From Prorocentrum cordatum (Eukaryota): a DNA stretch of 64,000 nt. The stretch spans positions 1 through 64,000 of the forward strand of contig CAUYUJ010000202.1 of the NCBI GenBank assembly GCA_963575745.1, read 5' to 3'. The notes under the pieces are model-generated. The model made no database searches, was not told where the DNA came from, and saw only the letters and a list, made by a program, of their open reading frames with translations. The position numbers and the translations under genes are program-made. Shown one piece after another: positions 14,447 through 27,090 of this stretch. Position 1 is the stretch's first letter; every line of letters begins with the position of its first letter.

Positions 14447-14629
14447 CCCATCGGTCGTTGAAAGTAGGTCTTTTTGGATTCCCAGATTCCAGTCTACTTT
14501 CAGCGCCTTCCTACTTCAAGAGTCGAGTGGTTTTCCCTCTTCCTTCCTCTTCAGGAGGCGGGCGGAAACCCAATCTATTTCCAACGCCTTCCTACTTTAT
14601 GTTTCTACCTACTTCTTCCGACCGATGGG
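14447..14629. mobile_element. MITE flanked by TA (Tc1/mariner-like)
   Basis: TA-CCCATCGGTCG ... CGACCGATGGG-TA. Confidence 0.75.
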
Positions 14630-15615
14630 TATGGGAAGTGGGGGGGAAGGCAAAAACCCAAAAAGGACGGGACAATATGGGGAATCTTTTATTTGTGTGT
14701 GTATCTATTTGTGTGTCCCAGGGCCCCTTCAGAGTTCTCCCTCCGCCAGGTCGGCGGAAGCGGGGCCGCACGCGAGCGCGCTTCGGCCTGCGAGGTGCGG
14801 GCGCATGCCGGTCGGAGTATCGAGTTGTGCCACTCTCGATTCTGATGTCGTGGTCGAGAGGGTGGGAACGGGTGGGGGCCTCCGACTCGCTCGACTCGGC
14901 TAATCTGACGCCTCCTACGTCTCTACTCTGCTCTATGATATTCTGCTCTGTTCTACATCACTATACGCTGCTCTATTCTGGCTCGCTCTGCTCTGCTCGT
15001 ACATGATTTTTCTAGATCAGCGTGCGCTACACTACGTTTTTTCAGGTTATATCCGACTCTACCAACTACACCGCTATGCTCTGCCCTGCCCTACATCACG
15101 GCTCTACTTTACCTTACCCTGCCCCACGATACTCCAACTCTATCATTGTTGTGCCCCACCCTGCTCCCGTGCTCAATTTTTCAAGCGGTTGCCAGATTTT
15201 GAGACGAACGTTCGTGTCACTAGTCAGAGCCCCACTTTAAAAAAAAAGGAGCCGCCCTCCATCCGTGAAGCCCGGGCGAACTTGTGGAATTGATGTGCCG
15301 CGCGCTGAGGCGAACATTGCATTTCGAACATGGGCCTTTCCCGTCTGTGCCTTCGCTGCCAGCTTTCGCGACCAATGGTCACCCTTTGACGGCGGAAAGG
15401 TACATGTTGAAGGCGGTCCCTCTTGCATAGCAGCGAAGCCGGTGCACAGCTTGCAGGCAGAACGCGCTCGGCGCTACTACGAGAACCGCATTTCGAACAC
15501 GCCCCCCGTCAATCAGGGAAACTGCTGTCCACGTTCGAACGATCGTGTTCGGCGCCGACGCGGGGTCTACGTTTTGAAAAGGGGCCGCCCTCCACCCGTG
15601 ACATCTGCTCTGAAG

Positions 15616-15777
15616 GACAAGGATTCCGAGGTTTACCAGCTGATCCAGTCCGAATACGACCGGCGCGCCGACGAAACCTTCTCCTACAGGGCCAAGCTGC
15701 GCCCTCTTACAGCCGCAGAGTGGGCAGCCGCCTGGCGCGATCTGGTTGTCGACTCGGACCAGACGTGGACCATGCAG
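15616..15777 (+). CDS. Candidate exon of an unknown protein (DKDSEVYQLIQSEYDRRADETFSYRAKLRPLTAAEWAAAWRDLVVDSDQTWTMQ)
   Basis: AAG|G acceptor, CAG|GC donor, 54 codons, phase 0-0, GC3-rich. Family not recognised. Confidence 0.45.
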
Positions 15778-16798
15778 GCGGTGCACATTTTGAAACGAGT
15801 CTGCGCAGCGTTAAGACCAACGCCACATTGTGAAATCTATTACCGCTCCATCCATCAAAGGGGCAGGATGAGGACGTTCAACGCGGCATCCATCTGTTAC
15901 AGAGTTTTGAACACATCCGTGTAAGAGTTGCCAACTCTCAAGATTACTGCAATACGAGTGGCAGGGATCTCAACCGGTAGTCTCACTTTATAGAAGGATT
16001 CGCCCTTCATTCGTGTAGGTGTAGCTGTTGCACACAGTGGATCGTCGGATCATCCATTCTGTGGAAGTCCCAGTCGGAATCCCCATGGCGGGCATACATT
16101 GGCTTCAATCTTGGCAGTTGCTGGACGCTTTGAAAGCGAATGTCTACGGCAATGCCGCGAGAACCACATTTCGGAAACGATTCGCCCTACATCTTTGAAG
16201 CGATCGGACACTTTTTGAATTTGAGACGAATCTGAAACTGTTGCTAATTTTTAAGGCGAATGTGCTGGGCGCTCAGGCGGTAATCATATTTTGACTTCAC
16301 CCTCCATCCTTTATCGGGTTTAAGTGTTCAAGCTTTCGGGTCTTACATTGTGTGGAAGTTTCAGGTGAAACGCCTGGCCCTCTCTGTCGGCACGCCAGGG
16401 GGTGTGACAGGGAGGAAATGCTCATAACGGCACGGGGTTGAGGACTGGGCGGACGGGGTGTGGGAGGGGGGGGGGGGAAGGGCGGGCAGGGACGGGTGGG
16501 GTGGGCTATGGGGTGAAGATGGGGAGGATGCGGTGGCACCTTGTGCTCCCGCCGAAGGAATGGCCCCCCGCAGGTCTCCTGACCTGAGGTCCCCAGAGGC
16601 CTCTGACCAGCGTGGCGGCGCGTAGGGCTTTATCGGAAGGGTGGACAGGGGGCACCGGCGGCACAGTCGGCTCCCACCCGCTGCCCCTCGCTCTCCGACG
16701 GCAGACGGCGAAGGCTAGAAAAAAACTTGAAACAACGTCGACCCTCGATGGTCTGAGCCATGGCCGGGCGCAGGAAGAGCGGGCCAGGAGGACGAGCT

Positions 16799-16960
16799 TT
16801 AAGTCGGGCCTATCCCTCTACAAGGAGAATATTCAAACTGGTCAAAAAATAGTCCAGGGACTTGTTTTTTGAGTATATCTGGGCATCTTTTGAGTATTTC
16901 TTGATTTTTTTTTTTTTTTTTCGTCCAAAATCCCCCTGTGGGGGGACAGGTCCGCCTTGC
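16799..16960. mobile_element. MITE family A, copy 1 (8-bp TSD GACGAGCT/GACGAGCG)
   Basis: About 28-bp TIR, consensus AAGTCGGGCCTGTCCCYCTACAGGGGGA; AT-rich interior; six copies in the window. Confidence 0.88.
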
Positions 16961-18279
16961 GACGAGCGGCGAGCGACGAGCGGCGAGCGCCTTCGGAGCT
17001 GCGCATCGCGCGCGCCCGGAGGCCGACGTGGAAAGGGCGGCCATCGCCTCGAGCAGGCGCCGCCCGTGCGCGCCGCCCGCGCGCCGCCCGGCCCGCGCGC
17101 GCCGCCCGCGCGCGGAGCTGCCGCCTGAGCGCGCGCGCCTCGTTCTTCTCCTCCTCCTCCTCCTCCTCCTCCTCCTCCTCCTCCTTCTGTTCCTCCTCCT
17201 CTCCTCTTCCTCGCGCCTTCTTCTTCTCCTCCTCCTCCTCCTCCTCCTCTTCCTCCTCCCTTCAGTGCCCCTCCTCTTCCTCGTCCTCCTCCTCCTCCTG
17301 ACACGACAGAGGGAGTTGAGACGATCTCTGAACATAGGATTCAGCGAGGAGGAGTACCACAAAGCACTGGAAGGTCAGGCAGATGTGACGGGTTTGTTTC
17401 AAATAGTGAGGGAGGAGCAAACACGGGTACAGCTGGCTCAACATATAATATGGGCAGCTCATGAAGCCTCCACCTTTGCGTAGATGCATCGAGTCAGGAT
17501 TGCTTTCAATATGAACGGACGAGGGCCAAATACTCGGATGGGTGGATGGGTGTTTGCCTAGTTCTTGTGTGGATGAGGAAGATGGGGAGGAAGGAGTATG
17601 CGTATGAGTAGGAAGAGGAAGAGGGAGATACCTCTCTTCCTTCCCCGTCCTTCTCCCGTCGTCCCCATTACCTCTTGTCTCACTCTTCCGCCTCCTCCTC
17701 CTCCTCCTCCTTTCGGAATGCTGTATAAGAGAAGCACCACAACTTGTTTTTTGGTGGACAAACGCGCAGCCCCAAAACACAGTTAGCAGTCGAATGCAAT
17801 ACCTGCAGGCATGTTTAAGACATCGAGGAAGTCACCGCGCATGCAAACATCCAACTGACGTAGTCCGTCACGTTCGGAATTCAGCGCGCGTGTCCTGCCA
17901 AAGAATCTGGCGCCGAAGCGACAGCACGGTCCATGGTGGAGGCGTAAGGTTGTCTCAGGTGGGAGACGCGTGCAGTAGTGAGTTGTCAGGCAACCACAAG
18001 ACAGCGCTGTCGGGAGGGAGGGCATGACGTCGACAAAGCTTCCCTTGGTTGTCGTACCTCGAGATTTGGTGTTGGTGGTAATTGTTAGGTTGCCTTATAG
18101 CAGATTTGTCCGTAAGGGCTTCGCCCCCTGCCGCCGGCCCCCTCTCGGAGAATGGGCCATGGGAGAGCGAAGTCATGAGGCTTTGGCTTCACCGTGAAGC
18201 AACGTCGGAACTTCATGCGAAGACGATGGGTGTTTGGCAAGACGAATGGAGATTGCGAGTCTATTGTTGTACTCGCTGT

Positions 18280-18866
18280 TGTATGAATTTCAGAAATGTG
18301 GCAAATCCGTTGTGTTTTTGGACCCTGACCCCGCCGGTCTATGTGAGGGGTGTCACCGAATTTTGCAACATGTGGCAAATCCTCTGTGTTTTTGGACCCT
18401 GACCCTGTCGACCTGCGTGAGGGGTGTAACCGAATGTCAGAAATGTGGAAAATCCTATTTGTTTTTGGACCCTGACCCCGCCGATCTGCTTGAGGGGTGC
18501 CACCGAATTTCAGATATGTAGCAAATCCGATGGGTTTTTGGACCCTGAGCCCACCGATTTGCGTGAGGGGTGCCAGCGAATTTTAGAAATGTGGCAAATC
18601 CCATGTGTTTTTGGACCCTGACCCCGCCGATCTGCGTGAGGGGTGTCAGCAAATTTGAGAAATGTAGCAAATCCCACTTGTTTTTGTTCCCTGACCCCGC
18701 CGATCTGTGTGAGGGGTGCCAGCAAATTTGAGAAATGTTGCAAATCTCATATGTTTTTGGACCCTGACCCCGCCGATCTGCGTGAGGGGTGCCACCTAAT
18801 TTGAGAAATGTGGCAAATCCCCTATGTTTTTGGACCCTGACCCCGCCGATCTGCGTGAGGGGTGTA
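18280..18866. repeat. About 73-bp minisatellite, 8 copies
   Basis: Unit TTTTTGGACCCTGACCCCGCCGATCTGCGTGAGGGGTG...GAAATGTGGCAAATCC. Confidence 0.93.
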
Positions 18867-19644
18867 AATTTTTACCCACCCCAGCAATTCAGAGCACACG
18901 CTCAGAGGGCGTGCTAAACCTGCGCGTTTGGGCCTCCCCCCCCTCGCGCGGTCCATCAACAAGGCACAGTAAGCAGCAAGAAGCAGAACTGTAACAGTGG
19001 AAACTGGAAGCTGCAACTGGTACAGGAAACTGCGACCCTTCGGCCTGCAGCCTGGTGGCCCCACAAGGGGGCCGGCGGATTACCACCAACACCGGTTACC
19101 ACCAAAGGCTTTTGGGTTCGTGCCACTTCTTGCGGCTTACGCTGTTTCTCTCCGGCCTTCGGCAGTGGTTCGCAGGGTAAGCGAGAGCGTTCCTGCATCT
19201 TCGCAGTGCTCCCTCTGCTGGGGTCGGAGAAGAGGTTCGGGGCTGATCGCCAAAGTGCGCTCATGGCAGTTGCTTCCCATAGGCACCCGCGGCCAAGGAA
19301 GCCAATCCCAGTGCGCATCCGCGCGTGTGTGGATCGACATTAAGGCGCAGAGTGGCCGCGAGGTGCGACAAACGGACGTTGCATTTTTTCGGCCCCGGTG
19401 TTGGTGGTACTGTATAGGCCTCCCATCCTTATCCCTGTACTCTTCCTCCTGCTCCTCCCGCCCCTCCTCCTTTTCTCTCATCCTTCTCCTCCTCCCTCCT
19501 CCACCTTGCTTCTCCTTTTTTCCCTACCTAGGCTCTGCCTAGAGGGGTTCTTACTCGGTATGCTTAAAGGGCCGGGCAGTGCAATTCGCCCCGGGCGGTT
19601 CCCCCAGTATCCGCCCCGCGGTTCCCCCAGTTACGTCCCCTTCG

Positions 19645-19998
19645 CTTAGCGTTGCTTATCTCATCTTAGCTTAGCTTATTTCATCTTAGCTTAGCTTAGC
19701 TTAGCATAGCGCAGCGCTGCATTAGCATAGCATATCATAACATAGCGCAGCATAGCATAGCATACCATAGCATAGCATGACCTTGCATAGCATAGGATAG
19801 CGCAGCTTAGCATAGCATCGCATATCATAGTGCAGCTTAGCATATCATAGCATAGTATATCATAGCTTAGCATAGCACATCGCAACATGACATATCATAG
19901 TTTAGCATAGCATAGCATATCATAGCATATCATAGCGCAGCATAACATAGCATATCATATCATAGCATAGCACAGCATAACATAGCATAGCATAACAA
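19645..19998. repeat. (GCATA)n/(GCTTA)n pentanucleotide repeat
   Basis: Direct observation. Confidence 0.95.
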
Positions 19999-20331
19999 CT
20001 AATGCTGCTTTCCTAGGGGCTCCAACTTCTAAGTAGGGTCGCACTGGGGTAATTTTTCTCCTTCCACCTTCCTCCTCTTCCTCCTCCTCCTCCTCCTCCC
20101 CCTCCTCCTCTTCCTCCTCCTTCCTTTTCCCCCGCCTCGGTTCCCAAGTCTCCAGCAGCACCGCCCTGTGCCGACGACGCGCGCGCGGCCCCACCAGTTC
20201 CGCTTCGGACCCCGCCCCGTGCACACAGGTGGCGCCCTTTTTCTCTCGGCGTCGTTGTCATTGTGCTCGTGGTCGTAGTGGCCGCTGCCGCCTCCGCCGC
20301 CGCCATCGCCGTCGTCGTGTCGTCGTCTTCA

Positions 20332-20366
<35 letters not shown>

Positions 20367-22059
20367 CTCTCTCTGTCCCTCTGTCTCTCAATCACCATCT
20401 CTCTCGCTCTGTCTCTTTCTTCCGCTCTTTCTCTGCTGCGTGGTGGGCCCACCGGACCTACCCCCCACCGGCTTCGGTGCCGTCCCTCACGAGCCACCAC
20501 GGACAGCACGCGCGCCATGCCGTGCTCCCATTTTGCGCCGGCAGCCTTCGATCGACAAAAGGCGCTTCGAGTACAGTGCCGTTTGTAATACATGCTCCGC
20601 GTGCGGATCATGCATCAAACATGCAGGGATTTAGTATTAAAACAACGATGAGTTCATGCATACATGTATTCATACATTAATCATGTATTAAGAATCCTAT
20701 ATAACAATCCCATGTCTTAAAACCTGCCCTGTACCTCGTCCTGGACGTTTGTCTTGAGCAGGGCGGCCGAGGATCAGAGAGCGCCTCCCCCTGCAGGACC
20801 ACCAAGAAAGGGACGTCAAGGTGGGCAAACGCCTCGCCAGCGAAGCCGACGAAGGTGTGCAAAATCGAACCATTTGCTTATACTCAAAGTTCTGGCTTGA
20901 CGCCTGGTGTGGTGCATCAATTTTAGCTTGACTCAACAGGTTGGTTGCTCCCCTTGACGTCCGTTTGAGGTGTTCTGCAGACCTGACCCCCCAGCCCTAC
21001 TCAACGTTTGTCTCACCTTTCCCTCCACGCAGCTTGCCCATCCGACACGGTCGCTGTGCGGCGAGAGTTCTACGCCGACCAACGGCGGTACGTGCATCCG
21101 TAATGGGGGGGCCGTTCACCGCCGTTGGCTCGTACGAGCGGCCACCTCTACGGGAACCCTTCGTCTGTATGCGACAGCTCGCGATGTGCGTCCGGACCAA
21201 CTTCCGGCACTGGTACAAGCATCGGTCACTCAGCACGACGTGCGTCGATGGCAGTAGCTCGACGGCCCCCCCGCGGCCGAGAGGCCGTCTTCTTCATTAT
21301 CATATTTTCCGACCGCCTCTCCGGCCAAGAGATCCATCCTGGCGTTGTGGTGGGATGGGCATTGGACCCTGAGCTTCATGCTCTGGTGGCCAGCTTCACT
21401 CTTCGCGGTTACCAGCTTGAGGTCCAGCCCAAGCTCTAGCTGGGTCGGCTACTGGCGAGTGAGGCTCGCTTCGCCCGACGCGTCCCTCGAGTCGCAGGTG
21501 GATGCGTTATGAGGACTCCATCCGGATATTTGCAGAGATCGGTGGTTGGGGGACTGGCAACCTTTTGCTGGAAGCTCAGATGAGTGGCGAAGTCCAACCT
21601 CAGACGTTCTTTCATGCTTGGTGAAGACGCATCCTGACCTGAGGGCTTCACGTGGGGTTCTGCCCCTTGCGGGCCACCTTCGGACGGGGCTAGCGGCTAG
21701 GACGAGGATGAATCCGTTCCAGAGCGTTCCGCAACGCTCTCGGAGCGTTCCAGAACGCTCTGAGAAGGCCATGGCGCCCGATACATCCTCCAGAGCTGGC
21801 GGATCTCAGAGATTCTCGATTTTGTCCCCACTCGAAGCGATCCTCGTCCTGGCATCGTCTTACACCTTGACAGGACTTCCATCCCATTCTTTTCCAGCCC
21901 AACCTCTAGCTGGTCGGCAGCTGCAGTCAACCCGCACAGCAAGGACGGGCAACCTTCCCAAGGTAACTGCCTCTGCATCCCTGCCCCTTCGGCCCATCCC
22001 GGGCCAAAGTCGTTGGCCACGCCCCGCTCGAACAGCTTCGAAATGGGCGTCCGGGGCCC

Positions 22060-22440
22060 TTGTATTAGGATGTTCCAACCTACTTTAGCTTTGACCGCTA
22101 GAAAGGATTTCGAGCACCAAGAAAATACCGAAACTTGAGGCTTTCCACATGTCGGGCCCTGGGAGACACTCGTTCGACACCATTTCGACACTTCCCCTGG
22201 TGCTCGAAATTATTTCTGGGATGGGGTCCTTGAGGGCGACGGGAGCAGCAGCACCCTTGTACGGTAGGTTTGCGTCGTGTCGACCAGCGGCGACCCCAGC
22301 GCGGGCGTTCAAGGTTGAACGCCGCCGGCGACCCAGAATCGATCGATGTTGAACGATCGGACGTTGCGGCAGCGGCCGATCGTTCAAGGTTGAACGATCC
22401 CTGCGGTGTCAAAAACCAACGCCGGGGTCGGCACGATACG
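22060..22440. repeat. Dispersed repeat; second copy at ~32345-32600
   Basis: Shared GATGTTCCAACCTACTTTAGCTTTGACC ... TGCTCGAAATTATTTCTGGGATGGG. Confidence 0.8.
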
Positions 22441-22582
22441 AACCTGCCGTATCCTCGCTGCGCATCCTGGCGCTAGACGGGTTGACTGCAGCCGGCCGGC
22501 CGCCGCGCCGGCGGGCCCTGCGGCCCCCCCGCGAGCGGAGCTCCACCTGGCCGCCACGGCCGACGCGCGCGACCTCCTAGTC

Positions 22583-22743
22583 TTAAGTCGGGCCTGTCTC
22601 TCTACAGGGGGGATATTCAAGAATAGTCTGAGAAATAACCAGGGGACGATGGTTGGACTATTTTTGCCCATTCGGGGGGTGTTTTTGGAGTATCTCTTTT
22701 CTTCCGCCCCAGATCCCCCTGTCGGGGGACACGCCCGACTTCA
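22583..22743. mobile_element. MITE family A, copy 2 (TSD TCCTAGTC/TCCCAGCC)
   Basis: Same TIRs as copy 1. Confidence 0.88.
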
Positions 22744-23098
22744 TCCCAGCCGCGACCCGCCTCCCGCCTCTCGCGCGGCCCTCCTGCCTCGGAGGTGGAC
22801 AGACCTCCTACCCTGACACGTCGATTAAGAAACTGGCCGTTTTCGGTTCGCGAGAGGGCGTCGCGGCCGTCATTTTTGCGGGTCCAGGTCCGTCGGTTTC
22901 GGCCCCAGGCCGTTTTCACTCAGGGGAGGTCTACTAAAGGGAGGTTTGTCCACCGCCGACCGCCGGCGCCGAGCGGTCCGCTCCCGTGGCCGCCGGGCCC
23001 CGCGCACCGCCCTCTGGCCTGGACGTCCCTGCGGGCCCCCCCTTGTCCGGGTGCGCTCACGGCCGCGCCCTCGATCTTGGGGCCGCGACACGAGGTCA

Positions 23099-23423
23099 GA
23101 AGGCGAAAATCCCCCCCACCCCCAGTCCCTCCTCCTCCTCCTCCTCCTCCTCCTCCTCCTCCTCCTCCTCCTCCTCCTCCTCCTCCTCCCCCTCCCCCTC
23201 CCCCTCCCCCTCCTCCCTCTTCGGAAGGCGCAAACCCACCCCCACCCCCAGTCCCGCCGCCCATTCCCCGAGCCGGCGATTCAAGGGGCCGGGACTGGGG
23301 GTGGGGGTGTGTTTTCTCCAGTCCTGGACCCCGAGAACCCACCCCCGCCCCCAGTCCCGACTCCTCGAATCGCGGGTTTGGGGATGGAGTCGGGACTGGG
23401 GGTGGGGGTGGGTTTTCGCCTTC
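23099..23423. mobile_element. Foldback/MITE-like element with nested inverted repeats
   Basis: CCCACCCCCAGTCCC and GGGACTGGGGGTGGG occur repeatedly in both orientations; outer ends GAAGGCGAAAA ... TTTTCGCCTTC. Confidence 0.7.
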
Positions 23424-23981
23424 TCACAAGGGGAGGCCCATCGTCGCCGTGCGCCGCCAGTGCCGCCGAGACGCCGACCTCGCGGCTGTTGCTTCGCACG
23501 TGCGCCGCGCACTGGGTTGCGTTGGAGGTGGCACCATCGGGTGCCGCTTCCAGCTGTTTCTCGGCTTGTCTCGGCCTGGCTACGTTCGGTATCCTCGTCT
23601 GGGAAAGCTCCAGGTGCTCAACCTGCCGGGCTGCCCTGCCGCACCTGCTCCGAGCCTACTTAAACAAAAAAACGAGCTTCTTGTCGCAACGTGGGCCGCG
23701 AGCTGCGCGACTCGGATTCGCTTCAGGCAGTCCCCCAGGGACTGGGCATGCAGGTCACCACTTGGCTGGCCCGCGCGTTGGGCAGAGCCGAACCCACCAC
23801 GCGGAAGCGCGGCCTCTTGCCCAGCAGGGGAAGTCACGGGCCCGAGTGTCTGCCGACGCCACCCTCGTCATATCGATGGTGCGGCCTGGAGGAGGAAACC
23901 ACGGAGCACGCGGTGCGGCGATGCGCCTGCTTTAATCCTCAGCTGCTGGCCCCGACTCCACGGCTCCAGGGGTCGCAGTTT

Positions 23982-24230
23982 GGGGGCCGCATGCGAACCC
24001 TACCCCTGCCCCCCACGATTTCTGAGGGGGAGGGTGGGGTTCATCAGAGGCCAGCAACATATGTACACGTACGCGGTTAGCTTCCCCTGGAGGGCATTTG
24101 AACGAGGACGTTCGTGCACTCAAGATCGCGGAGGGCGTACATGTACATATGTCGTTGCTCGCTCAGTTCACTTCGCTCGGGAGCTCCCGAGCGAAGTGAA
24201 CCCCACCCTCCCCGTCAAACATCGTGGTCT
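23982..24230. mobile_element. Palindromic element family H (centre GGGAGCTCCC) carrying a nested MITE
   Basis: Homologous to ~31930-32345 and 42583-42737. Confidence 0.8.
24044..24165. mobile_element. Nested MITE with 5-bp TSD GTTCA
   Basis: Inverted repeat ACATATGTACACGTACGC / GCGTACATGTACATATGT. GTTCA at 24039-24043 and 24166-24170; the uninterrupted H copy at ~42643 has a single GTTCA. Confidence 0.82.
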
Positions 24231-24688
24231 TGGCGAGCTCCGGCGTTCTTCGGGATGCCTCGGAGGTCGGGCCCTCCCAGCTTCTGGGGGTCAGGAACCT
24301 TGAAGGACACCTCCTCTTCCGCTTCCTGCTCCTGCTCCTCCTCCTCCTCCTCCTCCTCCTCCTCCTCCTCCTTTCTCTTCTCTTCTCCTCCTCCTCCTCC
24401 TCCTTCTCCTCTTCTCCTCCTCCTCCTCCTCCTCCTCCTCCTTCCTCTTCTCCTCCTCCTCCTCTCCTCCTCCTCCTTCCTCCTCCTCCTTGTCGTCCGA
24501 GCCCGCCCTCGGTGAGCTCGCCGCGTGCGGGCCCTGAGTCCGGGCCCGGCCCGTGCGCTGCCCAGTGCAGGGCGCGGCGGGGCACCGCGCTCCCCCTCGG
24601 GAGGGTTTCTCGGAGGGAGCCTCCTCGATGCCCGAGGTTTGGTCACGGGGCCAGCGGCGTTTGTCTGCCGAGCTTCATAGGACCCCGT

Positions 24689-24888
24689 GAGGGGAACGAA
24701 GGATGACATAAACACAAAAGCTCGGAGGTCCGCGCGGATTTCTCGGATCCGCGCTGGGGTCCCCTTGGCGGCGCCTCCGGCGCCGCCCCTGGCGCGCTCC
24801 GCGCTCCAGGGAGGGTGGTCCAGCGCGGATCCAAGAAATCCGCGCGGGCCTCCGAATTTTCATGTTTCTGTCATTTTTCGCTCCCCTG
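24689..24888. mobile_element. MITE family C (~70-bp TIR)
   Basis: CTCGGAGGTCCGCGCGGATTTCTCGGATC arms; homologous to 45402-45599. Confidence 0.85.
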
Positions 24889-25269
24889 GTTTGTCTGGCC
24901 GAACTTCAGATGACCCCGTGAGCTTGTTCATCTGCTCAGTCATCCTGCTCCTTCCCCCCCTCCCTCCCGGCAGACATGGGCGGCTGTGCGGCAAAGCCCT
25001 CCGAGTGCCCGCGGAACAGCGTGAGGCGCTTCCGCCTGGCCTCGTCGCAGCTCCCTCGAGCAGCCTGCCTGTCATCGTCATCGTAGTCGTCGCAGTCCTC
25101 GTCGTTGTCGTCGTCGTCGTCCTCCTCCTCCTCCTCCTCCTCGCTTCGTCCTCCACCTCCTCCTCGATCTCTTCGGGGAGAACTTGGCGAAACCATGTGT
25201 GCAGGCATGGAAGTAGGTCTAACTGTATGCGTGCACATGTACACTTAACTATTAGTTGCAGGTGTCACG

Positions 25270-25464
25270 TACATATACATTCATTCAGCCATACATTCAT
25301 TCATACATACATACGTACATACATGCACATACATACACACATACACATACACATACATACATACATACATGCATACATGCATACATGCATACATGCATAC
25401 ACACATCCATACTTACACACACATATACATACATACATACATACACACATACATACATACATAC

Positions 25465-25519
<55 letters not shown>

Positions 25520-26383
25520 TTCACATACACATACATACACACATACATACATACATACATACACACATACATACACACATACATACATACACACGTACAT
25601 GCGTGCATACATATATACATACACACATACATACGTACATCCATACATACACATATGCATACATACATACACACATACATGCATGCACACATGCATGCAT
25701 GCATGCTTACATACATCCATACATACACACATACATACAACTATACATAAACACATACATACATACATGTATACATACGTACATACATACATATACACAT
25801 ACATACATACAACCATGCACATGTGCATACATACATACATACAAACATACGCATACATTCACACATACATACATACATACATGCAAACATACATACATAC
25901 ATACATACAAACATACGTGCATACACACATATATGCATACACACATCCATACATACACACATACATACATCCATACATCCATACATCCATACATCCATAC
26001 ACACATACACACATACATACATACATACATACATACATACATACATACACACATACACATATACATACATACATACACACATACATACATACATACATAC
26101 ATACATACACACATACATACATACATACATACACACATACATACATACATACACATACATACACATACATACATACATACATACATACTTACATACATAC
26201 ATACATACATACATACATGCACACACATACATACATACATACACGCATGCATGCATACATACATACATGCACACATGCCTACATATACATACACACAGAT
26301 ATACATGCATACATACATACATGCATACATCCATCCATACATACATACATACGTACACATATAACTGTATGTATCTACGTGTG

Positions 26384-26450
<67 letters not shown>
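25270..26450. repeat. (CATA)n/(CA)n/(TA)n microsatellite
   Basis: Direct observation. Confidence 0.97.
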
Positions 26451-26452
<2 letters not shown>

Positions 26453-26459
26453 GAGTAGG

Positions 26460-27010
26460 CCGGGGGAGGGCCCAGAACTGCGATTTCTGGTTTGCACGGG
26501 GGCCGGGGGGGGCTTGAGGGCTCAAGAGGGTTCAGAAGGGGCCCTGGACCCCTCCAGAGGCTCCCAAGCTGGCCCAAGAGGCGCCCAAAGCGCCCCAGGT
26601 TGTCTGGAAGGTGGCTGACGAGCGCACTGAGATGGCTTCCGGACGGGCCACGAGCGCTCGAAGACAGCCCAAGACTGCCCCTAGACGGCCACAAAGGCAC
26701 TCAAGACGGTCCAAGAGCGCCGAGAAGGCCCTCCACCAAGGGCAAAAATCGAGCATTTCCTATGAAAAAGCATATATTTCCCGGATATTTGCTTTTCAGT
26801 CCTACCAGCGGCCGCGACGGCCCCAGAAGCTCCCAAAATGACGTGCGAAGAGTGCCCCGGAACGGCCGAACTGGGCTCCCAGAGGTCCAAAAAAGGCCTA
26901 CCAGGACTCCCTGAAGACGGTCCAGGATGCCGCTGAGAAGGCTCCCGGGTGCAAACAACGAGAATTTCCTATGGAGAAGCGTACATTTCTAGGATGCTCG
27001 CTTCTTATAG
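26460..27010. mobile_element. Family B-like copy, opposite orientation
   Basis: CCAAGAG-type units with a similar internal AT-rich segment. Confidence 0.5.
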
Positions 27011-27090
27011 GGGAGGAGGAGGAGGAGGAGGAGGAGGAGGAGGAGGAGGAGGAGGAGGAGGAGGAGGAGGAGGAGGGGGAGGAGGAGGAG

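Larger units (their letters stand above)
12952..16330. mobile_element. Family R-related region with nested insertions
   Basis: ACCAG end after a GAG-rich tract; ~83-bp-type units at ~13540-13605 and ~15170-16310. Continuity of a single element is inferred. Confidence 0.45.

Noticed and set aside
15610..15663. Serine hydroxymethyltransferase N-terminus resemblance (LKDKDSEVYQLIQSEYDR)
   Set aside because: I found no LIASEN continuation in frame or as a downstream exon; too short to call.
18280..18866. CRISPR-like or iteron array
   Set aside because: The whole 73-bp unit repeats; there are no unique spacers.
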